The notes beneath the pieces were generated by a model. That model was not told where the DNA came from. It saw only the letters and a list, made by a program, of their open reading frames with translations, and did not search any database. A DNA stretch of 64,000 nt from contig JANNVX010000004.1 in assembly GCA_031414595.1 (NCBI GenBank), positions 1-64,000 of the forward strand, given 5' to 3'. Both the position numbers and the translations under genes were made by a program. Of this stretch, positions 37,751 to 48,790 are shown piece by piece; positions within the stretch are counted from its first letter, which is position 1, and the number at the start of each line of letters is the position of its first letter. This stretch comes from Deinococcales bacterium (GTDB lineage: Bacteria; Deinococcota; Deinococci; Deinococcales; JAAFIG01).

Positions 37751-38668
37751 TTATTGCTTAAATTCCGTATCGCGTTCTGCTTCTAAAACTGCATTCTCGA
37801 GGGCAAGCAGTGCAGTCTCGCCTTCTCCACCATGAGCGCGTTCTGGACGGTCTACCCATGCTTGGAAACCCTGTTCTTTGCGTCGAATCAGAATTTCTGA
37901 GTAGCCAGCAGCTTCGGCTCGAGCAAAAAGTGCGTTGACATCGCTGTGCTTAAATCCTTGCTTCTCGAGAACACGCCGTAATGTGATTTCCCGTGCTTCC
38001 ATTGTTCCGCCCTTGGCAAAGTATCGTGCCAGACTTTGCGCCCAGTCACCTCTGGCGGTAATTCTTGCCATGCGCTCTAAGGCAGTCTCGAGTTCAGATG
38101 CGCTTGGAATTCTGTAGGTGTTTTCGTGCATGACCAATTCGGGCTGAATCCTTGGGCGTTGGTCTGGGGTTTCGTCAGGTACGCCAATCGTCAGCCCAGC
38201 AAATGGCAGCACCCCATTTGGTAACTCGCACAAGTCTATAATTTCCTCGAGTGCGCTTAAGACCCCACCAATCCAGCAGCCTTGGTAGCCAAGGCATTCG
38301 GCGGCGTGTAACATCGTCTGACCAGCCAAGACCGCATCTCCGATGCCAAAATGAATTGCCACAGCATCCCAAGTCCCAAATTCATAGCCTTTATGCTCGA
38401 GCAGGAGTTGTAGGCGTTTGACATCGGCACAAATCAAAAATGCTTCGGGCGCAGTCTCCATATGGGCGTTGTTGGTTAGTCCTGCCACTCGAGTTTTGGT
38501 TTGGTTGGTTAAGCGAATAAAGCTATACATCTGGGCAGTTGCATCAGTTGGGGCGTGCTGAGCGCAGTACAGAATTTGCTCGAGATGCCCAGTTTCCAGT
38601 GGTTGGGGTTTGTATTTACGAATGGTGCGGTGGTTGACAAAAACGCTTAGGCGCGGGTCTAGGTTCAT
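37751..38668 (-). CDS. Nitroreductase family protein (NfrA-like)
   Basis: HRTIRKY, APT and DAVLAGQTML.AAE.LG.GCWIGG; leaderless TAAGTT. Confidence 0.9.
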   Translation of the reverse strand: MNLDPRLSVFVNHRTIRKYKPQPLETGHLEQILYCAQHAPTDATAQMYSFIRLTNQTKTRVAGLTNNAHMETAPEAFLICADVKRLQLLLEHKGYEFGTWDAVAIHFGIGDAVLAGQTMLHAAECLGYQGCWIGGVLSALEEIIDLCELPNGVLPFAGLTIGVPDETPDQRPRIQPELVMHENTYRIPSASELETALERMARITARGDWAQSLARYFAKGGTMEAREITLRRVLEKQGFKHSDVNALFARAEAAGYSEILIRRKEQGFQAWVDRPERAHGGEGETALLALENAVLEAERDTEFKQ

Positions 38669-38689
38669 GGGTCTAACTTACCAAAAAAT

Positions 38690-38715
38690 CAGCGCAGCTT
38701 TTAAGGGCTGCGCTG
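38690..38715 (-). terminator. Intrinsic terminator of the lipoprotein gene
   Basis: CAGCGCAGC...GCTGCGCTG stem with a T-tract on the minus strand. Confidence 0.75.
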
Positions 38716-38733
38716 CAAAATAAGGTTTAGAAT

Positions 38734-39735
38734 TTACTGATAATTCCAAGTTCCGTCACCGCAACCTGTAATTGTCCAAGTCAAGGTGTTCTTACCATCG
38801 GTGAATTTTACATTTCCGCTATTGACCATTTTGTTGCTTCCACAAGCATTGCGGTCTACAATCATAGCGTTTGAAGAAAACTCCAAGCTCGATTCGTATT
38901 TATTTCCTGCGTTATTGACCTTAAAAGAAAATCTGTTATTGAATTTCAGTGTGCCTCGAGCAAAACGGTCATTGTTGGTGGCACTGGGTTGGGGAGTATA
39001 CTCCAAAGTTCCATTTGTCGAGTATTCAAAACTCGAGATTACGCCGTCATCTATCGAAACAGCTATGAAATTGAAATTCTGGGTAATGGTGTATTTGCCA
39101 TTAGCACCAACTGTTACTTTGGTGTCCAAATTGGTCTGTAAGGCAATACCGAAATTGTTGGCAGGGTCAATGTAATAAAAGGTTAAATTCGTCAGTTTTA
39201 CCTCGTAACCACTGGTTGCACCATTTGTATTGGGGTTATCGTTATAGTCTTTGATATAAACATCACCGAGTAGAACGGCTGTAACTCCATTATAGGTTGT
39301 ATTGCAATCAAAATTATAATTGAATAAGAGTGGAATACCGTCCCCATCGGCATCTGTCGTAGACCCGACACCGCATTTATTGCCACCTGCTGGAGCTTGT
39401 GGCGATAGTTTGAGGCTTGAGTAAGCGGCTGGAAGAACAAATGGCGTGCTGCTGGCTTGTGTTCTCAGGCTCGAGAAAGCCATGCCAAGGTTTTCAGGGG
39501 CTTTTTTAAGCATGATCTCGAGTTTGGGGTTGCCTTTGGCAAACTGCATGACAATTTCGGTTGCACCTAAAGCACTAACAGGCGCACCCTTTAAGAATTG
39601 GGTAGAGCTTGCGACCGCATTTGGTCCGAAATTTTTTAAGTTTTCAGAATTTTGGCTATCAAACGGTCGAGTTGTTGGACACGCGGTTAATGCCAACGCC
39701 AATGCTGCCGTCCCTAATAAACTAAAGAGTCTCAT
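38734..39735 (-). CDS. Beta-rich hypothetical lipoprotein
   Basis: Lipobox LTAC; DADGDGIP Ca-binding-like loop; leaderless TAGGAT. Confidence 0.75.
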   Translation of the reverse strand: MRLFSLLGTAALALALTACPTTRPFDSQNSENLKNFGPNAVASSTQFLKGAPVSALGATEIVMQFAKGNPKLEIMLKKAPENLGMAFSSLRTQASSTPFVLPAAYSSLKLSPQAPAGGNKCGVGSTTDADGDGIPLLFNYNFDCNTTYNGVTAVLLGDVYIKDYNDNPNTNGATSGYEVKLTNLTFYYIDPANNFGIALQTNLDTKVTVGANGKYTITQNFNFIAVSIDDGVISSFEYSTNGTLEYTPQPSATNNDRFARGTLKFNNRFSFKVNNAGNKYESSLEFSSNAMIVDRNACGSNKMVNSGNVKFTDGKNTLTWTITGCGDGTWNYQ

Positions 39736-39791
39736 GGTTCTTATCCTAGCAGAGTCCCAAAGAATCAGATGAGGAAAAACCAAAGAAAACG

Positions 39792-42700
39792 TTAATCTGA
39801 AGGTGAATCACTGAGCGACAGCATCACATCTCGAGCCAAAACACCAATGGGTGAAGCAATATACTGAGGACAAAGTAATGCCAGTCTTGCCTCGTTTTCG
39901 GGAGTCCTTGGTTGCAAAACAAGTTCTATAAATTTTATAAATTCTCGAGTCAGTTCTGCCGTCAGATTTGGGTCGGTTGCAACTCCATCAAGCACCTGTT
40001 TTATGGCGGTATCATCTTGTAAACCCAAGCGCCAACCTGCATGAACTCGAGCCAAAGCCCAATGCCAATCAGCTTCATCTAATTCTACAGATGTCATGTC
40101 CCAAACCTTTTGATAATCACCAAAAGACAGCGCCAGCAACGCTTGCGTTAGCTGATAGTACCCATAGCCATAGTCCTCTTTTGCAATTTCAGGCACTTGC
40201 AACACAAAACCGTCGCCTAACTCGACGGTGATGCGTGTTTCCCAAACTCGGGCTACTTTCTCCAATGAATGCTCACGCACTTTTTCCATTTCAGTTCTGG
40301 CTTCTATCAGTTGATTTTTTCCGTATAAACAATTTGCCCGATTGTAAATTGCGTACTTTTCGAGACTTTGCATTCCTATTCGTTGTGCTAACTGGATGGC
40401 ACGTTCAAGTGTTTGAATCGCGTTATCAAAATCTGTATCCTGCATAAGAATAAGTGCCTTATTGACATCTATAATCACCAAAATACGAATATTGCTAACA
40501 ATTTCAGCGAATTTCGCGGCATTTTCCCAAGCTGAAAAAGCCTCTGCTCGAAAATTTGCACTGTAATAAGCGACTCCTAATTCATTCCACACCACAGAAA
40601 GTAAATAATGATTGCCTGTCACTTCTGCCACCTTAGTAGCCATTTGGATAATGCTAATTTTTCGTTTTTTTGGTTGAATAACAACTGATAGAACAGACAA
40701 AGCATTAACCAAATCTTCTTTATTTTTTTGTTTCTTAGCAGCCTCAACAGCTTCTAAGGCATAGAATCGTGCTTTTATTAAATCTTTTTGTACTAAAAGT
40801 AAGCTCAAGTTTGCACAAAGCAGCGTATACAATGGTTCTTCTTTTTTTGGTTCACCAATAAGCTCGAGGGCATTTTGATTTTCACCTGTAAAGCGCATCA
40901 CTCGAACCAGTTCTACTTTGGCTCGAGCAATCAACTCGCCACTGTTGGGCAGCCATTGGGCGTGTTCAATCACATCGCGCCATAAATCTTGGGCTTCGCT
41001 GATTCGCCCAGCTGCACTCAATACCTCTCCTAAATGGTGCTTGGCTTGCATCCGCAAAAGCTGCTGGGCTTCGCTGGCGCTGTTATCGTTTTCTAAATGG
41101 GTGGCTGCCTCGAGAACCAAGCGGTAGGCTCGTTCGGCTTGTGGGTAAGCAAAAGTGGCTTGGGCGCTTAGTCCGGCTTGCATAGCAATTTCTAAGGCTT
41201 GCGGGTAGTTTTCGGCAGCGTACCAATGTTCGCCCAACTCGAGCAGTTCGGCTTTGCCCGTGCGTAACGTGGCAGCTTTGGCATGAAGGCGTTTGCGTTT
41301 TAAGCGCATGATGCCTTGGCGCAGCAGTTCGTTGTACATCGGGTGGGTGAACCTGAATCCTTCACCGTTTGTGCCGGGTGTTTCGGCAATCAGTCTGGCT
41401 CGAGAAAGGCTTTCTAAAGCATCTAAAGCGTCATCATCGCGCCAGTCAAGCATGGCGCGGGCATCTTCAAACCAAAAGGCTCTGCCTAAAATGCTGGCAG
41501 CACGGGCAAACTCGAGAACATTGGGGTCAAGCACTGCTAAACGGTGGGCGAGTAATTCGCCGAGGCTTTCGGGTAAGCCAGTTAAACTTCTGTTCCATTC
41601 GTAGACCTGGGCGCGGCGTTGAATTGCGCCGTTCTCGAGCATGGCTTTAAGCCGTTCCTCGAGTACCCAAGGGTTGCCGCCAGCGTGAGAGACCAATTCG
41701 TTTTCTAAAGCAGCTTCGATTTCACCACCGAGTAAGGCTTGTAGTAATTCAAACATCTGTTCGTCGGTTAGGGCGCTTAGAGCAATGGTTTTGCGTGGCT
41801 TGGGGAATCCTTTGGGGCTTTGCTGCCCTTCGGGTAAGTCCTCGAGTCGGTAGGTGATAATCACTCGGGCATCTGGCGCGGCTCGAAGCGCGTGGGCAAG
41901 CAGCGCAAGGGTGCTTTCGTCTGCCCAGTGGAGGTTTTCAAAAGCAACTACGGTCAGGCTCGAGATGCGTTCTAAAAGCTCGGTAAAGGCTTCAAATAAG
42001 CGCAATCGGGCAACTTCGGCAGGGATGTTCGGGTCTGAAGGCGGGGCTGCACCAAATTGTGAGGCAATGCGGGCGAGTTCATTTTGTGAAGTTGGCGAAA
42101 CTTCATCAAAAATAAAGCGGTAATGTTTTTCTAAGTTTTCAATTAAGCGTTTGACCGTACCAAATGGGGTCGGGTCATCCGCAATCGCTTCGCCGATGCC
42201 AAGCCGAGCGCCAGAACTCTGGGCGCGTTCGCCGAGGGCGCGAAGCAGACGAGTTTTGCCAGTGCCAACATCGCCAATAACCGTGTACAAGCCAGTTAAA
42301 CCCGTTTCAAAAAGTCCAGCCAAGGTCTCGAGTTCGGTTTCTCGTCCAATCAAAGGCGAAAGCAACAGCGCGTCGGCTCGAGCCGATTGCGCCTGCATCT
42401 GAATGGTTTGGCTTAATGGGGATTCTAAGGCACGAAGCAGCGCTTCGCGCACCGCTTCGGCGCTGCTTGGGCGTTCGGCTGGGTTTTTGGACAACATGGC
42501 GAGGCAAATGTTCTCGAGGGCTTCAGGGATGGCTGGATTGCGGGTCGTGGGCGGAACGGGGGCTTGTTGGATGTGCTGCATAATCACTTGAACAATGCTG
42601 TCGCCTAAAAATGGCGGTTGCCCAGTCAATGCCCAGTACAGCACTGCGCCTAGGGCGTATAAATCGGCACGGTAATCGAGTTGAGCGCCTCTGCACTGCT

Positions 42701-43223
42701 CGGGTGCCATGTAGAGGGCTGTGCCAACCATAGCGCCGACTTTGGTCAGGGCAACCGTGCCTTCCATGGTTTTTGCCAGTCCAAAATCCATTAACTTGGG
42801 TTGTCCGTCGGTGGTGACGCGAATGTTTTCTGGTTTTAAGTCGCGGTGAATCACCCCTTGGGCATGAACTGCGCCTAGCGCCCCAGCGATGCCGACAAAA
42901 ATTCTTGTAATGGTTGGAAAATCTGGGTTTGTGCCAAGCCAATCGGATAAATCCTGACCTTTAATAAATTCCATCACCAAAAATGGCATACCGCGTTCTT
43001 CGCCTAGCTCGAGAACCCGCACCACATTAGGATGATCTATTTGCGACAAACTGCGGAACTCGCGGCGCATTCGAGCGCCACCAGTTAAAGCCACCATCTC
43101 GTGCATTTTTTTGATGGCGACCAATGTGCCAGTCTCGGTGTCCATGGCGAGCGTGACCTGACCCATTGCTCCAGCCCCGAGTTCACGGACAAACTGGTAA
43201 CGCTGGTTTGAAGCCACGGTCAT
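39792..43223 (-). CDS. Ser/Thr protein kinase fused to an AAA/STAND-like ATPase and TPRs
   Basis: GAGAMG, HRDLKPEN, DFG, YMAPE; P-loop GDVGTGKT; ENLHWAD; GGNP; C-terminal TPRs. Confidence 0.92.
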   Translation of the reverse strand: MTVASNQRYQFVRELGAGAMGQVTLAMDTETGTLVAIKKMHEMVALTGGARMRREFRSLSQIDHPNVVRVLELGEERGMPFLVMEFIKGQDLSDWLGTNPDFPTITRIFVGIAGALGAVHAQGVIHRDLKPENIRVTTDGQPKLMDFGLAKTMEGTVALTKVGAMVGTALYMAPEQCRGAQLDYRADLYALGAVLYWALTGQPPFLGDSIVQVIMQHIQQAPVPPTTRNPAIPEALENICLAMLSKNPAERPSSAEAVREALLRALESPLSQTIQMQAQSARADALLLSPLIGRETELETLAGLFETGLTGLYTVIGDVGTGKTRLLRALGERAQSSGARLGIGEAIADDPTPFGTVKRLIENLEKHYRFIFDEVSPTSQNELARIASQFGAAPPSDPNIPAEVARLRLFEAFTELLERISSLTVVAFENLHWADESTLALLAHALRAAPDARVIITYRLEDLPEGQQSPKGFPKPRKTIALSALTDEQMFELLQALLGGEIEAALENELVSHAGGNPWVLEERLKAMLENGAIQRRAQVYEWNRSLTGLPESLGELLAHRLAVLDPNVLEFARAASILGRAFWFEDARAMLDWRDDDALDALESLSRARLIAETPGTNGEGFRFTHPMYNELLRQGIMRLKRKRLHAKAATLRTGKAELLELGEHWYAAENYPQALEIAMQAGLSAQATFAYPQAERAYRLVLEAATHLENDNSASEAQQLLRMQAKHHLGEVLSAAGRISEAQDLWRDVIEHAQWLPNSGELIARAKVELVRVMRFTGENQNALELIGEPKKEEPLYTLLCANLSLLLVQKDLIKARFYALEAVEAAKKQKNKEDLVNALSVLSVVIQPKKRKISIIQMATKVAEVTGNHYLLSVVWNELGVAYYSANFRAEAFSAWENAAKFAEIVSNIRILVIIDVNKALILMQDTDFDNAIQTLERAIQLAQRIGMQSLEKYAIYNRANCLYGKNQLIEARTEMEKVREHSLEKVARVWETRITVELGDGFVLQVPEIAKEDYGYGYYQLTQALLALSFGDYQKVWDMTSVELDEADWHWALARVHAGWRLGLQDDTAIKQVLDGVATDPNLTAELTREFIKFIELVLQPRTPENEARLALLCPQYIASPIGVLARDVMLSLSDSPSD

Positions 43224-43301
43224 GACCCTATTATGACCTGTTTTAATGACATTTTTGTATGGGGTTTTTTACTTGGGTATCAAAACGGTAAGATATGCCC
43301 A

Positions 43302-44513
43302 ATGATTTTTCATTCCCTGCTCGAGAATGGGCTGTTACTGCTGCTCGAACCTGTGGAAAGCTCAAAGCTCGTCAGTATTGAATTGTTTGTGCCGAACGGT
43401 GCATTGACCGAAGATATTTCGGGGAGTGGCAGTGTAATGGACGAATGGTTGCGCCGAGGGGCTGGCTCGCGCAATGCCAAAGAACTCGAGAATGCTTGGG
43501 ATGAACTTGGGGCAATTCGTGGTGCAGAAATCGGACTCGAGGGCATGGAATTTAGCGTGACTTGCCTAGCCCCAGACGCGGCAGCCGCTCTTGAATTGCT
43601 GTCTGATTGGGTGCTGCGTCCGCATTTAAGCACGGATGGTTTTGCACCCAGTCTCGAGTTGGCTGTGGCTGCACTGGACAGCCTAGAAGATTCACCAGAT
43701 GAACTCCTGTACGCTCGGCTGTGGGAAGCCGCCTTTGGCAGTCCGCATCAGCGAAGTCCGTATGGCACAAAAGCGGGTTTCTCGAGTCTCACGCCCGAAT
43801 TTCTGCGATTAGATTATGCACAGCGTTGCACCCCACAAGGCGCGATTCTGGCTTGTAGTGGAGCGCATCAATCGGCAGAATTGCTCGAGTTGGTACAGCA
43901 ACATTTTGGCGGGTGGTCTGGGGATGGTTTAGAAGTGCCAGAAGTGGTTTGGAATCCGCCTTTTACACGCTTTGAGCCACGGGACACCGCCCAAACCCAA
44001 ATTGGGATGATCATGCCGTTGGTGGAATTTGCCGAGTCTGGGTATTACGAATCACGTTTCGCCCTCGAGATACTAGGTGGCGGCAACAGCAACCGCTTAT
44101 TTAACGAAGTCCGAGAAAAACGCGGCTTGGTCTACGGGATTCATGCAGGTAGCAGTTTTGTGCGTGGGGCTGGAACACTAGAAATCTTTGCCAGTTGTAC
44201 CCCCAATCACACCGAAGAAACGATTGCGGTTATTCGCGCAGAACTCGAGACATGGCGCGAAGGGGTGAGCCAAGAAGAGTTCGCTCGAGCCAAAGTCGGG
44301 ATTGAAACTGGGCTTGCCATGAGTTTAGAAAGCATTGGCGCAAGGGCAGCCTCTTGTCTGCGCGATGCCCAATTATTAGGCAGAGCCAGAGGCATAACAG
44401 AAATCCAAGCTGGATTGCAAAATGTGACGTTAGAAAGCCTGAATGCTTGGTTGCAAACTCTAGATTTTAAGCAGCTACGAACCTTTGTTTTGGGCGCGGA
44501 TGTGCAGACATGA
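43302..44513 (+). CDS. M16 family peptidase, non-catalytic subunit
   Basis: RLFNEVREKRGLVY present, HxxEH absent; leaderless TAAGAT. Confidence 0.88.
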   Translation: MIFHSLLENGLLLLLEPVESSKLVSIELFVPNGALTEDISGSGSVMDEWLRRGAGSRNAKELENAWDELGAIRGAEIGLEGMEFSVTCLAPDAAAALELLSDWVLRPHLSTDGFAPSLELAVAALDSLEDSPDELLYARLWEAAFGSPHQRSPYGTKAGFSSLTPEFLRLDYAQRCTPQGAILACSGAHQSAELLELVQQHFGGWSGDGLEVPEVVWNPPFTRFEPRDTAQTQIGMIMPLVEFAESGYYESRFALEILGGGNSNRLFNEVREKRGLVYGIHAGSSFVRGAGTLEIFASCTPNHTEETIAVIRAELETWREGVSQEEFARAKVGIETGLAMSLESIGARAASCLRDAQLLGRARGITEIQAGLQNVTLESLNAWLQTLDFKQLRTFVLGADVQT

Positions 44514-45718
44514 AACCCTTACAAGTTATCCTAGCAAACGGACTAACTGTGATTGCCCAGCCGATGCCAACTGCCCGAAGCCTCGCTATGGCAGTGGTGC
44601 TGCGCTCTGGCGCAAGGCAAGACTTAAAACTTGGTACAGCCCATTTTCTCGAGCATATGCTTTTTAAGGGCAACCTAAAATATTCTGCCCTCGAGTTATC
44701 CAAGGCGTTTGATGCGCTGGGCGCTCATGCCAATGCTTTTACTTCGCATGAAACCACGACCTACACGGCTTGTGGGTTACCGCAAATTCAATCAGAACTA
44801 ACGCGGTTATTGCTTGGAATGCAAACCCCACGTTTAGATTTATCTGATATTGAACTTGAACGTCAAGTGATTCTCGAGGAAATCGAATTGTACCGCGATG
44901 ACCCCATGAGTCTGGCACTCGAGCGCAGTGCTGCCGATTATTTTCAGTCGCATCCGCTTGGAAGACCCGTGATTGGCACAAGCAGCATGGTTGCCAGCAT
45001 TTCACAAACAGATTTACAAACGTATCTGAACAGCCATTACACCACCAGCAACATGGTTTTGGCAGTTTGTGGGATTTTTGATTGGCAGCAATTACTCGAA
45101 GATGCACAAGCCTTTAGTGAAAGATTACCCATTGGGCAGCTTCTCGAGACAAACAGCACCGAATTTAGTCCACAACAAGGACTAATTCATGTGCCGCACG
45201 ACTGCACCCATAGTCAAATTAGTTTCATTGCTCGCGGCTTTAAGGCTGGTCATGCCCTCGAGTTACCCGCCGCGATTGCTTCACGGATTATCGGGGACTC
45301 GGAAAATTCAAGATTTGCATGGGCTTTTGTAGATGATGGTACAGCCCTTGCCGCCAGTTTAGAACACGAAGGACACACCGATCTTGGCGCGTTTTATGGC
45401 TCGCTCGAGTGCGCCCCCCAAGACACCCAAGAATGCTTAGAGCGCTTGTATAGCCAACTAAAAACGATTCGTCAAAATGGGATTACGGCGGCAGAACTAA
45501 GCCGTATGAAACGCAAACTTGAAGTTGGTTTAGCCCTGCGACTCGAGACCCCTAGCGCTTGGCTTGGTGCGTTTAGTGAAGATTATGTGTTGCAAAATGA
45601 CCTGCGCCAACCGAGCGCGGTACTCGAGGAATTAAGCGCCATAACTTTAGAAGAAGTCAATGCTGCGCTATTTGAAAGTGGTCTCGAGTCTCCGAGTATT
45701 GTGACGCTTGGGGTTTAG
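44510..45718 (+). CDS. M16 family peptidase, catalytic subunit
   Basis: HFLEH motif, NAFTS.E.T, E..VILEE. Confidence 0.9.
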   Translation: MKPLQVILANGLTVIAQPMPTARSLAMAVVLRSGARQDLKLGTAHFLEHMLFKGNLKYSALELSKAFDALGAHANAFTSHETTTYTACGLPQIQSELTRLLLGMQTPRLDLSDIELERQVILEEIELYRDDPMSLALERSAADYFQSHPLGRPVIGTSSMVASISQTDLQTYLNSHYTTSNMVLAVCGIFDWQQLLEDAQAFSERLPIGQLLETNSTEFSPQQGLIHVPHDCTHSQISFIARGFKAGHALELPAAIASRIIGDSENSRFAWAFVDDGTALAASLEHEGHTDLGAFYGSLECAPQDTQECLERLYSQLKTIRQNGITAAELSRMKRKLEVGLALRLETPSAWLGAFSEDYVLQNDLRQPSAVLEELSAITLEEVNAALFESGLESPSIVTLGV

Positions 45719-45728
45719 CGCTGGACAT

Positions 45729-45757
45729 AAAAAAGGCATGGTCAAAAAACCATGCCT
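45729..45757 (-). terminator. Terminator between convergent M16 and hup genes
   Basis: AGGCATGGT...ACCATGCCT with flanking A tracts. Confidence 0.7.
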
Positions 45758-45772
45758 AAAATACAAAACGAA

Positions 45773-46075
45773 TTACTTCTTAACGTTGTCTTTAAGTGCC
45801 TTGCCCGGTTTGAAGGCAGGGTACTTGCTGGCTGGGATTTTAATTTTGGTTTTTGTGCCTGGTTTAACACCGGTGCGGGCTTTACGGCTACGCACTTCAA
45901 ATGTACCAAAGCCCGTAATTTGGACTTTACTGCCTTTGTCAAGCGCTCCGCTGACTTCGCCAATAAATGCGTCAATCAGGGCTTTAACATCTTTTTTCTT
46001 GCTGGCGGTTTTTTCTGCCAAGATGTCAATGAGGTCGGACTTGGTGATCGTTTTCTTAACTACTTTCTTTGCCAT
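45773..46075 (-). CDS. hup: DNA-binding protein HU
   Basis: GFGTFEVR.RKARTG..P and PAFKPGKALKD. Confidence 0.95.
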   Translation of the reverse strand: MAKKVVKKTITKSDLIDILAEKTASKKKDVKALIDAFIGEVSGALDKGSKVQITGFGTFEVRSRKARTGVKPGTKTKIKIPASKYPAFKPGKALKDNVKK

Positions 46076-46334
46076 ATTGTTGCTCCCTGAGCATTTTTAT
46101 TATTATGGTTGAAACACGATTTTTGCGTACTTTCAACCACTCCCTATGCTCAGCACGAACTTTAGCATGTTTATATGTAATTTGCAACGTCTTGGAGGGC
46201 TTTTTGTAGACTATACTTAAGTTTGGCAAAGTGACATAAAATATGAAGTTTTTCACACCAGTAAAAAAATAGTGTACTGAAAAGGATGTTTTAGAGGTCA
46301 TTTCCTCGGCAATAAGGAAGGCTATCTATGGTTC

Positions 46335-47111
46335 TTACTGACTGTCTTTTTTCCAAGAACGTTGAACTACCATGTCGCCTATGGCTGGAATCAAATGCTC
46401 GAGCCAAATCAGTGGCTGATACCAATTTGGCACAACCACTTCGGCTTTTGGATGCTCGAGTAACCGCAATACAGTGGCAGCAATATGTTCGGGTTCAACC
46501 ATTGGTAGGGGGCGCTTGCCACCTTTGGCAGTCATGGCGGTGCGAACAAAACCTGCGGTTAATAGAGAAACATTCACCCCAGTGCCACGTAACTCGCGGT
46601 GTAGGGCTAAACTCATACCACGCAGCGCAAACTTACTTGCGCCGTACAAACTCGAGAGTGCCAAAGTCCCCTGAACACTGCCCATGTTAATAATTTGCCC
46701 GTTGCGCTCGGATAGCATTTCGGGCAGCACCAACTGCGATAACCAATATGGTGCAAGCACATTGGTTTCATACATGGCGTTTACATCCAAAGCCGAGCGT
46801 TTCCACCAAGACTGCCCGCCAGAATCCATTCCCGCGTTGTTAAAAACCACTTGTACCGCCCCAAATGTAGCTCTGGCTCGAGCTACCAAGCGCTCTAAAT
46901 CGGCGTGGTTACGCACATCACACGGTACACCAATCACCCGTTTACCCGAAGGATTCAGTTCAGTCACCAAATCTGTAAGAACATCTTCGCGCCGAGCCGC
47001 CAAGACCAGCCGGTGTCCAGCCGCTACCAAAGCCCGTGCAGTAGCCGCCCCGATGCCACTGGATGCACCCGTGATAATAATATGCAAACCGCCCGAACCT
47101 TCAATACTCAT
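46335..47111 (-). CDS. Short-chain dehydrogenase/reductase
   Basis: TGASSGIG, NNAG and YGASK; leaderless TATGCT. Confidence 0.92.
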   Translation of the reverse strand: MSIEGSGGLHIIITGASSGIGAATARALVAAGHRLVLAARREDVLTDLVTELNPSGKRVIGVPCDVRNHADLERLVARARATFGAVQVVFNNAGMDSGGQSWWKRSALDVNAMYETNVLAPYWLSQLVLPEMLSERNGQIINMGSVQGTLALSSLYGASKFALRGMSLALHRELRGTGVNVSLLTAGFVRTAMTAKGGKRPLPMVEPEHIAATVLRLLEHPKAEVVVPNWYQPLIWLEHLIPAIGDMVVQRSWKKDSQ

Positions 47112-47232
47112 AGTGCAAAGCATAAATAGACTCGGTGTAAAGTGCAAATAGGGTGCAATAGCCTTGACCAAACCGTAAATTTTTGAAAGACTGCTAAAAC
47201 GTGATTGAAGCTACTGTTCTAAAGGCTCACGG

Positions 47233-48735
47233 ATGAATTTTTTTGATGATAAACCGCACGAAGAATGCGGGGTTTTTGCTGTCTACGCGCCAAGCCGCGA
47301 CGTACCACGACTGGCTTTTTTTGCCTTGTACGCTTTACAACACCGAGGGCAAGAAAGCGCTGGGATTGTTAGTTCCGACGGGCAGACCGCCAAGATACAT
47401 AAAGAAATGGGTTTGGTTTCTCAGGTCTTTAAGGAAGAACACCTCGAGATGCTCCAAGGTACACATGCCATCGGACACACTCGCTACAGCACCACTGGCT
47501 CGAGCCACGTTAAAAATGCCCAACCATACCTGATTCAAACCCTGCACGGGGCATTATCGGTGGCGCACAACGGCAACCTGACCAATGCCCACACCCTGCG
47601 TAAGCGCCTGCTCGAGCGCGGCGGTGGTTTAAGCAGCACTTCGGATTCTGAGGTGCTGACTTATATGCTGGCAGTCCCGACCCAGTTATCTGGCTTTGAA
47701 ACGGCTCGAGTCAAAACCGAAGATGGCTCGAGTGTCCAAATTAAAGATGTGGATTTCTGGCAATCGCAACTCATCAGTTTTATGCTCGAAGCCGAAGGTG
47801 CATACACCCTTGGGGTTCTGACCAAAGATGCAATTTATGGTGTCCGCGACCCGCAAGGACTGCGCCCATTGTGCCTTGGCAAACTCGAGGGCGGCTGGGT
47901 TTTTGCTTCTGAGTCCTGCGCCCTGAACACGATTGGCGCAGAATTTGTACGCGACATCGAACCGGGCGAAATTGTTCGTATAGACCAGCGTGGCGTGACC
48001 AGTCTAAAACTCGAGCATACCAAGCAACTGGCAATGTGCAGTTTTGAATATGTGTATTTTTCGCGCCCAGACACCAATCTCGAGGGCAATGTGGTTCATG
48101 ATGTGCGCCAACGCATCGGGCGGCGTTTAGCCAAAGAAGCTCCTGTCGAAGCCGATATTGTTGTAGCAGTCCCCGACAGCGCTACCCCACACGGCATTGG
48201 TTACAGTTTAGAAAGTGGTATTCCGTACACCGAAGGACTGATTAAAAATCGCTACATCGGGCGGACGTTTATTACCCCAGACCAGAGCTTGCGCGAAATT
48301 GGAATGCAGTTAAAATACAACCCGTTACGTGCCAATCTCGAGGGTAAACGGATTGTTTTAATAGATGACAGCATTGTGCGCGGCACGACTTCTGGACCAT
48401 TGGTTAAACTGCTGCGCGACGCTGGGGCTAAAGAGGTTCATTTGCGGGTGGCATGTCCACCGATTCGCCACCCGTGTTTTATGGGTGTGGATATGGCAAC
48501 ACGCGGGCAGTTAATCGCCCATAATCGCAGTCTCGAGGAAATCAGGGTGCATATTGGGGCAGATAGCTTGGCGTATATTTCTGAGGAAGGCTTACGGGCT
48601 GCCATCAGTAATACCGATGTGCCAAAAGAGGACACAGGGCATTGTTATGCCTGTATGACAGGAAAATACCCGCTCAAGATTCCAGCTTGGTTATTTGAAG
48701 AAACGCGAGATAAAAATGTTTTTGAGGGCGCATAA
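47233..48735 (+). CDS. purF: Amidophosphoribosyltransferase
   Basis: EECGVF propeptide site, QHRGQE, GHTRYST and DDSIVRGTT. Confidence 0.97.
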   Translation: MNFFDDKPHEECGVFAVYAPSRDVPRLAFFALYALQHRGQESAGIVSSDGQTAKIHKEMGLVSQVFKEEHLEMLQGTHAIGHTRYSTTGSSHVKNAQPYLIQTLHGALSVAHNGNLTNAHTLRKRLLERGGGLSSTSDSEVLTYMLAVPTQLSGFETARVKTEDGSSVQIKDVDFWQSQLISFMLEAEGAYTLGVLTKDAIYGVRDPQGLRPLCLGKLEGGWVFASESCALNTIGAEFVRDIEPGEIVRIDQRGVTSLKLEHTKQLAMCSFEYVYFSRPDTNLEGNVVHDVRQRIGRRLAKEAPVEADIVVAVPDSATPHGIGYSLESGIPYTEGLIKNRYIGRTFITPDQSLREIGMQLKYNPLRANLEGKRIVLIDDSIVRGTTSGPLVKLLRDAGAKEVHLRVACPPIRHPCFMGVDMATRGQLIAHNRSLEEIRVHIGADSLAYISEEGLRAAISNTDVPKEDTGHCYACMTGKYPLKIPAWLFEETRDKNVFEGA

Positions 48736-48790
48736 AAAGCAAGGCTTTATTGGCAATGTCAACTAAATTATCTCGTTTCGCATGAGTAAA

